In this document: in pieces, positions 21,451 through 31,611 of the stretch
Layout: each line of letters begins with the position of its first letter
Numbering within the stretch: the stretch's first letter is position 1
Position numbers and translations under genes: made by a program
Notes under the pieces: generated by a model
Databases searched by the model: none
What the model was told of the DNA's origin: nothing
What the model saw: only the letters and a program-made list of their open reading frames with translations
NCBI GenBank assembly: GCA_963707985.1
Contig: CAVPRW010000027.1
Coordinates: 32,001-96,000, forward strand
From: an uncultured Nitrospinota bacterium
Lineage (GTDB): Bacteria; Tectomicrobia; Entotheonellia; J063; CAVPRW01
Direction: 5' to 3'
Length of the DNA stretch: 64,000 nt

Positions 21451-22731
21451 ATGGGTGAGGCCATGCGTTCCTTACACCGATACACCGCTCTAGCGCTCGT
21501 GCTCTTGCTAGTGGTAGCGTGTGCTACCACGCACATTCCCCCCATCGGCTCCTCTCAACAACCCTTCCAACTCGCCGCCGATGAGCGCGAGATCTGGGAA
21601 CAAAGCGAAGCAGAGCAGCAAAAGCTGAACCGTCGCGGGCGCTTATATCAAGACATCCTGCTGGAGGAGTATATCAACGAGATCGCCCGTCGCATGACCC
21701 CTCCTGAAATCGAGGAGCAAGGGGTCCCAATTCGCGTCAAAATCCTCCGAGATCCCAGCCTGAATGCCTTCGCTTACCCCAATGGTGTGCTTTATATCCA
21801 TACCGGGCTGCTGGCCCGCGTGGAAAATGAGGCACAATTGGCCAGCGTGCTGGGGCATGAGATGACGCATGTGATCAATCGCGATGCGGTGCGGCAACAC
21901 CGCAGCACACGGAACAAGGTGATTGCGGCCAATGTCGCGGCCATTGCTGCCAGCATCGGCATCTCAGCTGTGGCAGGCGATCAGTGGCGACAAGGCAACG
22001 CGGTGACTGCCGCGGTGGTCGGCCAGACCGCCAACGTGATGCTGGGGTTAGGGCTGCAGCTTGGGCTCCTGGCGGCGGTGAACGGCTACGGCAGGAACAT
22101 GGAGGATGAAGCCGACGTCGGAGCCATGCGCCTGATGACACGGGCGGGGTATGACATTAACGAGGCGCCCAAAGTGCACCAGATGTTACTCCAACGTTAT
22201 GGGGATCCGACGCGTCTGGAGAACTTTTTCTTCGGCAATCACTCGCGCAATCAGGAGCGCATCGAGCACTATGAGCAGATGCTCAGTGTGGAGTATTCCC
22301 AGGTGGCACACGCCTCGAGCCTGATCACCAACACCGAGGAATTTCAGCGGCGTACCCGTCCCCTCGTCCGAGATAATGCCATCCTCGACGTCGAAGCCGG
22401 CCGCTACGGTACCGCCAAGGCAGCCCTAGAGCGCGTGTTGGCCGTGGTTCCAACCGATGCTAAAGCGCATTTCTATCTGGGTGAGCTCTATCGCAAACAG
22501 CGCCGGACACCGACCGACGTCGAGCAGGCCGTTCAGGCATACCAGAATGCCGCCACGCATGATCCATCCTATCCCGACCCACAACGCAGCCTGGGTTTGC
22601 TTTATTACATAACTGGCCAAAAGGCCGAGGCGCGACAGGCGTTCGAACGCTATCTAGAATTGAAACCCCACGCGGATGACCGCCAACAGGTCCGCGAATA
22701 TCTCATGGAACTGCAACATAATCCGGCATGA
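21451..22731 (+). CDS. M48 family metalloprotease lipoprotein with C-terminal TPRs (BepA-like)
   Basis: LVVAC lipobox, NAFA, HEMTH zinc motif, EDEAD, TPRs. Confidence 0.9.
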   Translation: MGEAMRSLHRYTALALVLLLVVACATTHIPPIGSSQQPFQLAADEREIWEQSEAEQQKLNRRGRLYQDILLEEYINEIARRMTPPEIEEQGVPIRVKILRDPSLNAFAYPNGVLYIHTGLLARVENEAQLASVLGHEMTHVINRDAVRQHRSTRNKVIAANVAAIAASIGISAVAGDQWRQGNAVTAAVVGQTANVMLGLGLQLGLLAAVNGYGRNMEDEADVGAMRLMTRAGYDINEAPKVHQMLLQRYGDPTRLENFFFGNHSRNQERIEHYEQMLSVEYSQVAHASSLITNTEEFQRRTRPLVRDNAILDVEAGRYGTAKAALERVLAVVPTDAKAHFYLGELYRKQRRTPTDVEQAVQAYQNAATHDPSYPDPQRSLGLLYYITGQKAEARQAFERYLELKPHADDRQQVREYLMELQHNPA

Positions 22732-23126
22732 GCGCCGAGTACTGGTACCTCCTGCCGGTGGGGTTTGCAATCGCTGTGCTGGCGATGTCCAGCGGTATCT
22801 CCGCCGGAAATTTCTGGGTGCCGGTGTATCTGCTCTGGGCCAGATTCGAGCCGCCGCTGGCCTTCTGGATGACGTTGGCGACCATGCTCTGCGGCTACGG
22901 CAGCGGTGTGGTGCGCAACCTGCGGCAGGAGACCCTCGATCGCCGCATCATACGCCAATATCTGCCCTTGTCCGTACCTGCCGCCATTGTTGGTGGATAT
23001 CTGGCGCCAGCATGGAACATCTCCTGGCTGGTTCTCCTGTTCGGACTCTTTGTGCTGGGCTATGGCGTACAGATGTTGGTAACTCTGCTGCAGGGCACTG
23101 CTGACGCGCCTGCTAATCACCCGTAG
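22728..23126 (+). pseudogene. TSUP (TauE/SafE) family transporter, apparently truncated to its N-terminal half
   Basis: AMSSGISAG..WVP motif and four TMs. 132 aa against about 250 aa for typical members. ATGA overlap with the M48 gene. Confidence 0.55.
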
Positions 23127-23152
23127 ATCGCTTTCCCCTGCCGTCATCCTGG

Positions 23153-23566
23153 CTACCTGCCGTCCTCCTGCTGGTGGGTACCCTGATGCTGGTGCGTTTC
23201 GCCATGCTGGTTGTGTTCACCCGCTAGAGGCCCGCCCCAACTGAACTTCTGAAGATCGACGCTGCCATACAAGTCGAATCGTACCCCTTCCGCTTCCAGC
23301 AGGGCGCGCTGGATCCCCTCGTAATGCCGATCGCAGCGCGAGCTGACGCGTCCGGCCGCATTGATCACCCGTTGCCATGGAATCTCCGAGCCAGCCGGCA
23401 GAGCATGCAGCGCATAGCCGACGGCTCGGGCGGCGCTGGGATGGCCAAGCCAGCGGGCGATCTGTCCATAAGTGGTCACCTGCCCGCGCGGGATCTGCGC
23501 CACCAGATGATAGACCGCGGCATAGAAATTGGGGACATCTTCCCCGTTGGCGCCTGTCGATCGCAT
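23153..23566 (-). CDS. Alkyltransferase-like protein (ATL / MGMT family)
   Basis: IPRGQVTTYGQIA, ARAVG, and PWQRV (Trp replaces the catalytic Cys, as in ATL proteins). GAGG RBS before ATG 23566. Confidence 0.88.
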   Translation of the reverse strand: MRSTGANGEDVPNFYAAVYHLVAQIPRGQVTTYGQIARWLGHPSAARAVGYALHALPAGSEIPWQRVINAAGRVSSRCDRHYEGIQRALLEAEGVRFDLYGSVDLQKFSWGGPLAGEHNQHGETHQHQGTHQQEDGR

Positions 23567-23836
23567 CTTCCTCACCCCTATCAGCGCACTGCAGAGTTGC
23601 CTTGCCATGCCGCTGGGAGGCCATGTGCCCGTGCGGGCAGGCGACAGAACGCCCGGGCTCGAATCGCCAGGCATTCCTGCGGAAAACTCTGTGAAAAATT
23701 GCCCGCCTTTTGGTAAGCTCAGCGCCATGCATGACATGGCAGTCGGCCTTGACCCATCGCGGAAATTCTCGTAGGCGCGATGGTGACCGCCACGATACGG
23801 GAAAGTATGTCAGTTGACAAGTCCGGAGGTCGCGAC

Positions 23837-24832
23837 ATGAATCATCCGATACCACAGCGAACGTTGGTGGTACAGCCCGACGACGGAGTTGACCCCGTGC
23901 TCGAGCTGCTTGCCGATGCGAGGAAGTCATTATGTGTTAAACAGTTCACCTTGAGCGAACCTCGCATCGTGCAGGGTCTCATCGATGCGCATCGACGTGG
24001 CGTCGCGGTCCGTGTCATGCTCAATCCCCATCGTTCCTCAGGAGATCGCCCGAACGACGCCGTCTTTGACCAACTGCAGCAGACGGGCATGGCGGTCCAA
24101 TGGACCAGTCCGGACTATGTGGTCACGCACGAGAAGTCCATCGTGGTCGATGATCGCCGGGCGTTGATCGCCACCTTCAACATGGTATTGAAATACTTCA
24201 CGGAAACACGCGACTATGGCGTCATCACCACTGACCCGGCACAAGTGGCGCAAGTAGCCACCGGCTTCGACGCCGACTGGCAACACGTGCCGTTTCATCC
24301 TGATCCGCAAGCGGGGTTGCTATGGAGCGTCACCAATGCTCGCCCGCTTATGGCCCAGTTCATCGATCAAGCCCGGCATTCCCTGGATATTCAGCACCCC
24401 AAGTTTGTCGATGCCACCATCATCGAGCGCCTGGTGGCGGCGCAGGATCGCGGTGTGCACGTTCGCGTGCTGTGTGGCGGCCGGCATGGACTCAGCGACT
24501 ATGACGTGCTCGATACGTTCGCTTCATTACGTCTCATACAGCGGGTGGGGATCCGGGTGCATCGTCAGAAGCATTTGAAGCTGCACGCCAAACTCATCCT
24601 GGCCGACGGCAAACGAGCCTTGCTGGGCTCGATGAACATCGATCGCAGCGCCTTCGATCTGCGGCGAGAGCTCGGCATCAACGTCGACGATGAGCCCATC
24701 GTCGAGCGCCTGTCGCATATATTCACCCACGAATGGGACCATTCTCATCATTATGCGGTACCTGATCCACTGGAAGCCGAGAAACCCTCGGACGAAGAGC
24801 TCCCCCATGATCCGGAGTTCAGCCATGAGTAA
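23837..24832 (+). CDS. Phospholipase D-like protein with two HKD motifs
   Basis: HEKSIVVD and HAKLILAD...GSMN. GGAGG RBS before ATG 23837. Confidence 0.88.
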   Translation: MNHPIPQRTLVVQPDDGVDPVLELLADARKSLCVKQFTLSEPRIVQGLIDAHRRGVAVRVMLNPHRSSGDRPNDAVFDQLQQTGMAVQWTSPDYVVTHEKSIVVDDRRALIATFNMVLKYFTETRDYGVITTDPAQVAQVATGFDADWQHVPFHPDPQAGLLWSVTNARPLMAQFIDQARHSLDIQHPKFVDATIIERLVAAQDRGVHVRVLCGGRHGLSDYDVLDTFASLRLIQRVGIRVHRQKHLKLHAKLILADGKRALLGSMNIDRSAFDLRRELGINVDDEPIVERLSHIFTHEWDHSHHYAVPDPLEAEKPSDEELPHDPEFSHE

Positions 24833-25415
24833 GGCCGCCATCGACCGCAAACAATCCCCTGTGACGCATCGTGACCTGGCTCTCTGCTTTCTCAAGATCG
24901 CGCTGGTGAGCTTTGGCGGAGGGCTTTCCGCCTGGGCTCGTCAGGTGATCATCGAGGAGCGCCAGTGGTTGACCGACGAGGAGTTTTTGACCGCCCTGAC
25001 ACTGGCCAGGCTTTTGCCGGGACCGAACGTGACCAACCTGGCGGTATACGTCGGCACTCGTTTTCATGGACTGTCAGGTGCGGCTGCCGCGCTCGCAGGT
25101 TTGACCCTGGTGCCGCTGGCGATCATGCTCAGCCTTGGGGTCATGTATTTCCACTATCACCACCTCCCCGGCCTGCAGTCAGTGCTCACCGGGGTGGTGG
25201 CCGCAGGAGTCGGACTGACCCTGTCGATGGGAGTCAAGGCGGGACTGGACATCCTCCGTCAACCGATGGCGGTAGCGTTGGCCGCCGCGGCCTTCATCGG
25301 CATGGCCATCCTTCGTTGGCCACTATGGCTCGTGATCGCCGGGCTGGCGCCCATCGGCATGGCCTGGTACTGGCCCCGCGACAGGACGAACCGCAAGGAG
25401 GACCCAGCGCGATGA
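24825..25415 (+). CDS. chrA: Short-chain chromate transporter, subunit 1
   Basis: FLKIALVSFGGG, WLTDEEF, LLPGPN. Overlaps the PLD stop codon. Confidence 0.85.
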   Translation: MSKAAIDRKQSPVTHRDLALCFLKIALVSFGGGLSAWARQVIIEERQWLTDEEFLTALTLARLLPGPNVTNLAVYVGTRFHGLSGAAAALAGLTLVPLAIMLSLGVMYFHYHHLPGLQSVLTGVVAAGVGLTLSMGVKAGLDILRQPMAVALAAAAFIGMAILRWPLWLVIAGLAPIGMAWYWPRDRTNRKEDPAR

Positions 25416-25942
25416 ACAGCGGCACCTTGCTGCACCTCATGGTGATGTTTACCTCGCTCTCTCTGCTCTCCTTCGGCGGTACGAATACGGTGCTCCCGGA
25501 GATGCACCGTCAGGCCGTGACCGGCTACCATTGGCTCACCGACCAGCAGTTCGCCAGCATCTTCGCCATCTCCCAGGCGTCGCCAGGCCCCAGCAGCCTG
25601 ATCGTCAGTTTAGTTGGGCTCAAGGCCGCCGGCTGGGTTGGGGCGCTGGTGGCAACGGTTGCCATGTTCACCCCATCCGCCGTGGTGACCTTTGCGGCCA
25701 GTCGAGCCTGGGAGCGCTTCAGGGATGCCAAATGGCGCATCGCGGCTGAAAAGGGCTTAGCCCCTATAACGGTCGGCCTTCTGCTGGCGAGCGGGCTGGT
25801 CATTACGCGCGCCGCCGACCATGGCTGGTCGGCTATCATGCTCACCGCAGCGACGACGATCCTGCTCGTCACCACGCGGGTGAATCCGCTCTTCATCATG
25901 GCGGCAGCGGGGATTCTCGGTGGGCTTGGACTGGTCAAATAG
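25412..25942 (+). CDS. chrA: Short-chain chromate transporter, subunit 2
   Basis: SLLSFGG, WLTDQQF, SQASPGP. ATGA overlap with subunit 1. Confidence 0.85.
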   Translation: MNSGTLLHLMVMFTSLSLLSFGGTNTVLPEMHRQAVTGYHWLTDQQFASIFAISQASPGPSSLIVSLVGLKAAGWVGALVATVAMFTPSAVVTFAASRAWERFRDAKWRIAAEKGLAPITVGLLLASGLVITRAADHGWSAIMLTAATTILLVTTRVNPLFIMAAAGILGGLGLVK

Positions 25943-26055
25943 GCTCTGGAAGCAGGCCGTCAGGCTCGTTCTCGCTTGAGTTCGATCACAGCGTGCGCCA
26001 TAATCCTGCCGTGTGATGCGCCACTGTCTCACAGGAATATGGGGAGGAGAAAGCC

Positions 26056-26958
26056 ATGCCGGCAGAAGACATCCGGAAATTCTGGGAGCAGACGCGAACG
26101 GCGCTGACCGAGGTGAAGATGGATGCCACGATTGAGGCCGTGGAGCAGAGCGACGTGTTCACTATGGAAGGACGCATTAAGACCCGCACCATCTACCGCG
26201 TCATCATGTCGAGCTTTGAGGGGCGGCGCATCCGCGCCTGGTACACCGTCCCAAGCGGTCACCCCCCCGCCCATGGATGGCCCGCTATCATGGAGGTGCC
26301 GGGCTACGGGGGCATCCTGACCCTGCCGCTGCACCTGGTGCAATATGGCTATGCGACGCTATCACTTTACCCACGGAGTCAGGGAGAGAGCCTGCAGGAA
26401 TGGCAGATCGAGCATGGCACGAGGCTGACCTATCACGTCACGGATCAGGAGCGGTACTACTACCGGGGAGCCTACATGGACTGCGTGCGGGGTATAGACT
26501 TCCTGCACAGCCGTGCTGAGATCGACACTAGCCGCATTGGCGTCTGGGGGTCCAGTCAAGGGGGTGGCTTGACGCTGGCCACTGCAGCTCTTGACCATCG
26601 CGTCTCTGCCGCCGTGGCGGGCGTGCCGTGGCTGTGCAACTTCCCGGTGGCGGCGGAGATCACCACCTCGCCCTATGTCGAGTTACACGACTATCTGCAG
26701 CAGCATCCCGAGGACCGCGACCGGGCGCTGGCCACTCTAGCCTACTTTGACCAGCTGACTCTGGCCGAGACGATCGCTTGCCCGACGCTGATCGCCAGCG
26801 CCATCACCGACGACGTGCACCCCTTGCGCACGGTCATGCCGGTCTTCGAGAAGATTCAGGCGTTGAAATCGATCATCGTCTATCCCGACCTCGATCACGA
26901 GTACCGCACCGATTTCACCGTGCACGGTAAAGCCTGGATGGATCGCTATTTGCGCTGA
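26056..26958 (+). CDS. Acetylxylan esterase / cephalosporin-C deacetylase family (CE7)
   Basis: PGYGG, RSQG, YYYRGAYMD, GSSQGG nucleophile motif, catalytic D and H near the C-terminus. Confidence 0.88.
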   Translation: MPAEDIRKFWEQTRTALTEVKMDATIEAVEQSDVFTMEGRIKTRTIYRVIMSSFEGRRIRAWYTVPSGHPPAHGWPAIMEVPGYGGILTLPLHLVQYGYATLSLYPRSQGESLQEWQIEHGTRLTYHVTDQERYYYRGAYMDCVRGIDFLHSRAEIDTSRIGVWGSSQGGGLTLATAALDHRVSAAVAGVPWLCNFPVAAEITTSPYVELHDYLQQHPEDRDRALATLAYFDQLTLAETIACPTLIASAITDDVHPLRTVMPVFEKIQALKSIIVYPDLDHEYRTDFTVHGKAWMDRYLR

Positions 26959-27093
26959 CCTTGGGGACTTGTCTCGTGGGCCCCTTGTACTTGGAGGGGC
27001 CCCCTGTTCCATCCGCATCTCGACTGTGCGCAAGAGCCTATGATGGAGGTACGATCTTCTCCTATCCATACCGGATGGTATCGAGGGATCGAG

Positions 27094-28042
27094 ATGCCAC
27101 GCGTGTTCATCAGCTATGCGCGTCATGATCTGAGTGCCGTACAGCAGCTCGAACGCGCTCTCCAGGCCCACGACGTCAGCGTATGGCGCGATCAGGAGAG
27201 CATTTATGGTGGGCAGCAGTGGCCAAAAGCCATCGGGGAAGCCATAGCAGCTCATGATTATGTCTTGCTGGTATGGTCCAAGAGCGCGGCCCAATCGCAT
27301 TTTGTGGAATTCGAATGGAACAGCGCCATTGCCTTACGAAAAACCATCCTGCCATGCTTGCTCGATGACACTCCGCTGCCACCCGCCCTCAGCGCAATCA
27401 ATGCCATCGATGTAAGGCAACTTGACGATGCGTTGCCCAGGATTCTGCAGGCGCTCCAACGGCCTGTTCCAGCGCCCGATCCCGCGCGCAGCGCCAACGT
27501 CATCGCCCAGCTCCGATCACTAGCGCCGGCGGAGCCGGAAGAGGTGGTCGAGGCCGCCAGGTCCATCTTCGCGCAGCAGGGCTGGAGCGTGCAAGGCAAC
27601 GTCTATCAAGCGGCTGGAGACTTTCATCTGACGATAGCACAGCCGGAAACAAAGCCTGCGAAGACGATCGTGGAAAAATGGCAGACCTGGGTGGCGTTGT
27701 TCGTTGGCGTCTTGACAATCACGATCGTTGGCGGCTGATTTGCCTGGAAAGATCCGCAAAATATTTGCTCCTGACGAGTCAACGATCCAGGTGATTCAAC
27801 AACCTCTGTCTGGTGTGATCTGGGATGAAGGACACGAGCCTTTGCCTGGCGTTGAGGTGGTATTGCCGGAACTTAAGCTCGTAACAATGACGGACCGGCA
27901 TGGAGCATTTGCCTTTCAAGTGAAAGCACCCAAACAGCGTACGGTAGATGTCATTGCCAAAAAAGACGGCTACATGACATATAATGCTGATGCCACCTTG
28001 GGCAATACGTCATTCAATTTCACCATGCGGAGGAAACCATAA
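27094..28042 (+). CDS. TIR domain - transmembrane helix - carboxypeptidase-regulatory-like beta-sandwich protein, one frameshift at ~27724
   Basis: VFISYAR, VWRD, SHFVEFEW (TIR with catalytic Glu). TM WVALFVGVLTIT. The downstream frame LSGVIWDE..EPLPGVEV..TD.HGAF..KDGY is a CarboxypepD_reg-like fold. Confidence 0.78.
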
Positions 28043-31000
28043 TGCGACGCTGTCTCGCGCTCTGCATGCTTTTTGGTCTGTTGTTACCAGGATTCCTGTC
28101 GGCCCAAGAGCGATGGCTCAGGGGAAAAGTGGTGAGGCTCGGTGAGCATGAAGAAAAAATACCCGAGGTGAACATCACGGTGGCGCTCGAAACAGGGGAT
28201 ACGGGGAATACGAATTCTTTGGGAGTATTTCGCATTTTCCTCAAGGACATTTTCAAAGCTGGTGAAAAAGTGACCCTCGTCATCGATAAACCCGACTGGC
28301 GCATTCGTTATCCGTTAGAAGGGGAGGCCCGTATACCAGCTGATTTAGACAAAGAGTTAGTCGAAGTGCAGCTCCTGCCTGTGGGGTCCAAATTATTCTG
28401 GACGCATGATCGCATCGAAAAATTCGTCAGCGACATGGCGGAAAAATCCAAGCAACAGGTGACGCCGGAAGGTCGGCCAGAGACGATCGACTTCAGCCGG
28501 TATATCAAAGATTGGTCCGTAAAATATGGCTTCAGTGCGCAGCAGGCCAAGGAAGAGATCGATAAATGGATCGCGGAGATCGAGGCGACCCAGAACGATC
28601 TGTACAAATTAGGTTTGGCCGCGTTTGCGAAAAAGAACTTTGGGGAAGCCAGTAAACTCTTCAACGAATCCGCTGAGTATAATGCCAAGAAGTTGGAAGA
28701 TCTCAGGGAGAAAGAAAGGGGTTTAGCCGAGAAAGTTGTGCGCGACTTTCGCCTCGCTGGCGACGCACATTATAACAACTACATCTTCGATCAGGCATTG
28801 ATCGCCTACGAACGCGCTCTCACGTATGTTTCTAGGCAGCAGACCCCGCAATTATGGGCAGCGACCTTGATCGACGTCGGTCGCGTCAATTGGGAGCTCG
28901 GCATCAGAGCTGAAGGGCCTGCCATTGCACAATATCTCAGGGCCGCGGTGAAGGCGTATCATCAGGCCCTGGAAGTGTACACCCGTGAGCAGCTGCCGCA
29001 GCAGTGGGCCATGACGCAGAACAACCTGGGGCTTGCGCTATGGGACCAGGGCACGCGCACCAGCGGGGAGGCCGGGGCGCGCTTGCTGGCCGAGGCCGTC
29101 ACCGCCTATCGCCAGGCCCTGGAAGTGTCCACCCGGGAGCAGCTGCCGCAGCAATGGGCCATGACGCAGAACAACCTGGGGATTGCGCTCCGGAACCAGG
29201 GCACGCGCACCAGCGGGGAGGCCGGGGCGCGCTTGCTGGCCGAGGCCGTCACCGCCTATCGCCAGGCCCTGGAAGTGCGCACCCGGGAGCAGCTGCCGCA
29301 GCAATGGGCCATGACGCAGAACAACCTGGGGATTGCGCTCCAGGACCAGGGCACGCGCACCAGCGGGGAGGCCGGGGCGCACTTGCTGGCCGAGGCCGTC
29401 ACCGCCTATCGCCAGGCCCTGGAAGTGTACACCCGCGAGCAGCTGCCGCAGCAGTGGGCCACGACGCAGAACAACCTGGGGACTGCGCTCCGGGACCAGG
29501 GCATTCGCACCAGCGGGGAGGCCGGGGCGCGCTTGCTGGCCGAGGCCGTCACCGCCTATCGCCAGGCCCTGGAGGTCGTACCCGCGAGCAGCTGCCGCAG
29601 CAGTGGGCCACGACGCAGAACAACCTGGGGACTGCGCTCCGGGACCAGGGCATTCGCACCAGCGGGGAGGCCGGGGCACGCTTGCTGGCCGAGGCCGTCA
29701 CCGCCTATCGCCAGGCCCTGGAAGTCATACCCGCGAGCAGCTGCCGCAGCAGTGGGCCATGACGCAGAACAACCTGGGGATTGCGCTGGGGGACCAGGGC
29801 ACGCGCACCAGCGGGGAGGCCGGGGCGCGCTTGCTGGCCGAGGCCGTCACCGCCTATCGCCAGGCCCTGGAGGTACGCACCCGCGAGCAGCTGCCGCAGC
29901 AGTGGGCCACGACGCAGAACAACCTGGGGACTGCGCTCCGGGACCAGGGCACGCGCACCAGCGGGGAGGCCGGGGCACGCTTGCTGGCCGAGGCCGTCAC
30001 CGCCTATCGCCAGGCCCTGGAAGTGCGCACCCGCGAGCAGCTGCCGCAGCAGTGGGCCACGACGCAGAACAACCTGGGGAATGCGCTCCGGGACCAGGGC
30101 ATTCGCACCAGCGGGGAGGCCGGGGCGCGCTTGCTGGCCGAGGCCGTCACCGCCTATCGCCAGGCCCTGGAAGTGTACACCCGCGAGCAGCTGCCGCAGG
30201 ACTGGGCCATGACGCAGAACAACCTGGGGATTGCGCTCCGGGACCAGGGCATTCGCACCAGCGGGGAGGCCGGGGCGCACTTGCTGGCCGAGGCCGTCAC
30301 CGCCTATCGCCAGGCCCTGGAGGTACACACCCGCGAGCAGCTGCCGCAGCAGTGGGCCACGACGCAGAACAACCTGGGGACGGCGCTCCGGGACCAGGGC
30401 ATTCGCACCAGCGGGGAGGCCGGGGCGCGCTTGCTGGCCGAGGCCGTCACCGCCTATCGCCAGGCCCTGGAGGTACGTACCCGCGAGCAGCTGCCGCAGC
30501 AGTGGGCCACGACGCAGAACAACCTGGGGAATGCGCTCCGGGACCAGGGCATTCGCACCGGCGGGGAGGCCGGGGCGCGCTTGCTGGCCGAGGCCGTCAC
30601 CGCCTATCGCCAGGCCCTGGAGGTACGTACCCGCGAGCAGCTGCCGCAGGACTGGGCCATGACGCAGAACAACCTGGGGATGCGCTGCGAGACCAGGGCA
30701 CGCGCACCAGCGGGGCGCGCTTGCTGGCCGAGGCCGTACCGCCTATCGCCAGGCCCTGGAAGTGCGCACCCTCAACACATTGCCGCCACAATGGGCTCAA
30801 ACCCAAAATAACTTAGCTCAAGCTTATACGCATCTGGAAGATTGGGCCAATGCCGCGGAGAGCTATGCGGATGTGCTCAGAGTGTATCCAGATGACAAAA
30901 AAGCTTATGGCACTGCGAGTTATCTTTATCATGAAATGCTCTTTGAGTTTCCGCAGGCCTTTATGCTCAACCAGCGCTGGCTGGAGCGGAATCCTACCGA

Positions 31001-31406
31001 CCTGGCTGGGCTGAGTGACTTTGCGGAGAAACATTTTACTACCGGTCGTTTCTCCGAGTGTGACCAGCGCATCACCTTGCTCTTGGCGAATCCCGCCGTT
31101 GCACCGTCTACCCAAATTGCGCTGCAAGCCATCCAGATCGCCAACTCACTTGCCCTCGGCAAAGCCGACCTGGTTCCCGGAAGAATCGATGCAATGGTTG
31201 AAGGCATCACTAATCAGTCGGAAGGATTCAAGGTCGGATGGTCTTTCAAGGGTACCAGATACTTCATCAACAACAACGACACGCTGGCGCCCTACCGACC
31301 ATGGCTTATGCAATTATTCGATGCCGTCGAAGGTGAGGACCGCCACGCTGTTTTGTCGGCCTTGCAGGAGGTGCGGGTAAGTTTTCCACTCGAAGGGAAG
31401 CAATAG
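28042..31406 (+). CDS. Secreted beta-sandwich + TPR-repeat protein, with four -1 frameshifts in the repeat array
   Basis: Signal peptide MRRCLALCMLFGLLLPGFLSA, then LRGKVV...TNSLGVFRI beta-sandwich and 50-aa TPR-like repeats TREQLPQQWAxTQNNLG. ATG overlaps the previous stop (TAATG). Single-base losses at ~29577, ~29727, ~30681 and ~30737. Confidence 0.82.
28963..30812 (+). repeat. Tandem array of 12 near-identical 150-bp coding repeats plus one degenerate copy
   Basis: Units begin ACCCG[CGT]GAGCAGCTGCCGCAG at 28981, 29131, 29281, 29431, 29580, 29729, 29879, 30029, 30179, 30329, 30479 and 30629. Confidence 0.97.
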
Positions 31407-31611
31407 GTTTCAAGAGCCACCTCGTGTCAGTCACCACCTTTCTGTAATACATCCCCTAGCGGCCCTGACGGGACCGCGGATTGAAGCTTCAAGCCCCTTC
31501 TGCCAGTCTGAAATATCTGACGATCGCTAAAACCACCACTACACCCCCTACGACGGCCAAGAGTTTCCAACTCATACGTCCTCCTAAACAGAGTACTCTG
31601 TTGCGGTCTGA

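Noticed and set aside
26978..27002. GC hairpin after the esterase gene as an att site or terminator
   Set aside because: It has no similarity to the tRNA 3' end and lacks a proper U-tract.
28963..30812. Tandem array as a CRISPR array or DGR template/variable repeat
   Set aside because: Units are contiguous 150-bp in-frame coding repeats with no unique spacers. No cas or reverse transcriptase gene is in the window, and the variation is not adenine-specific.
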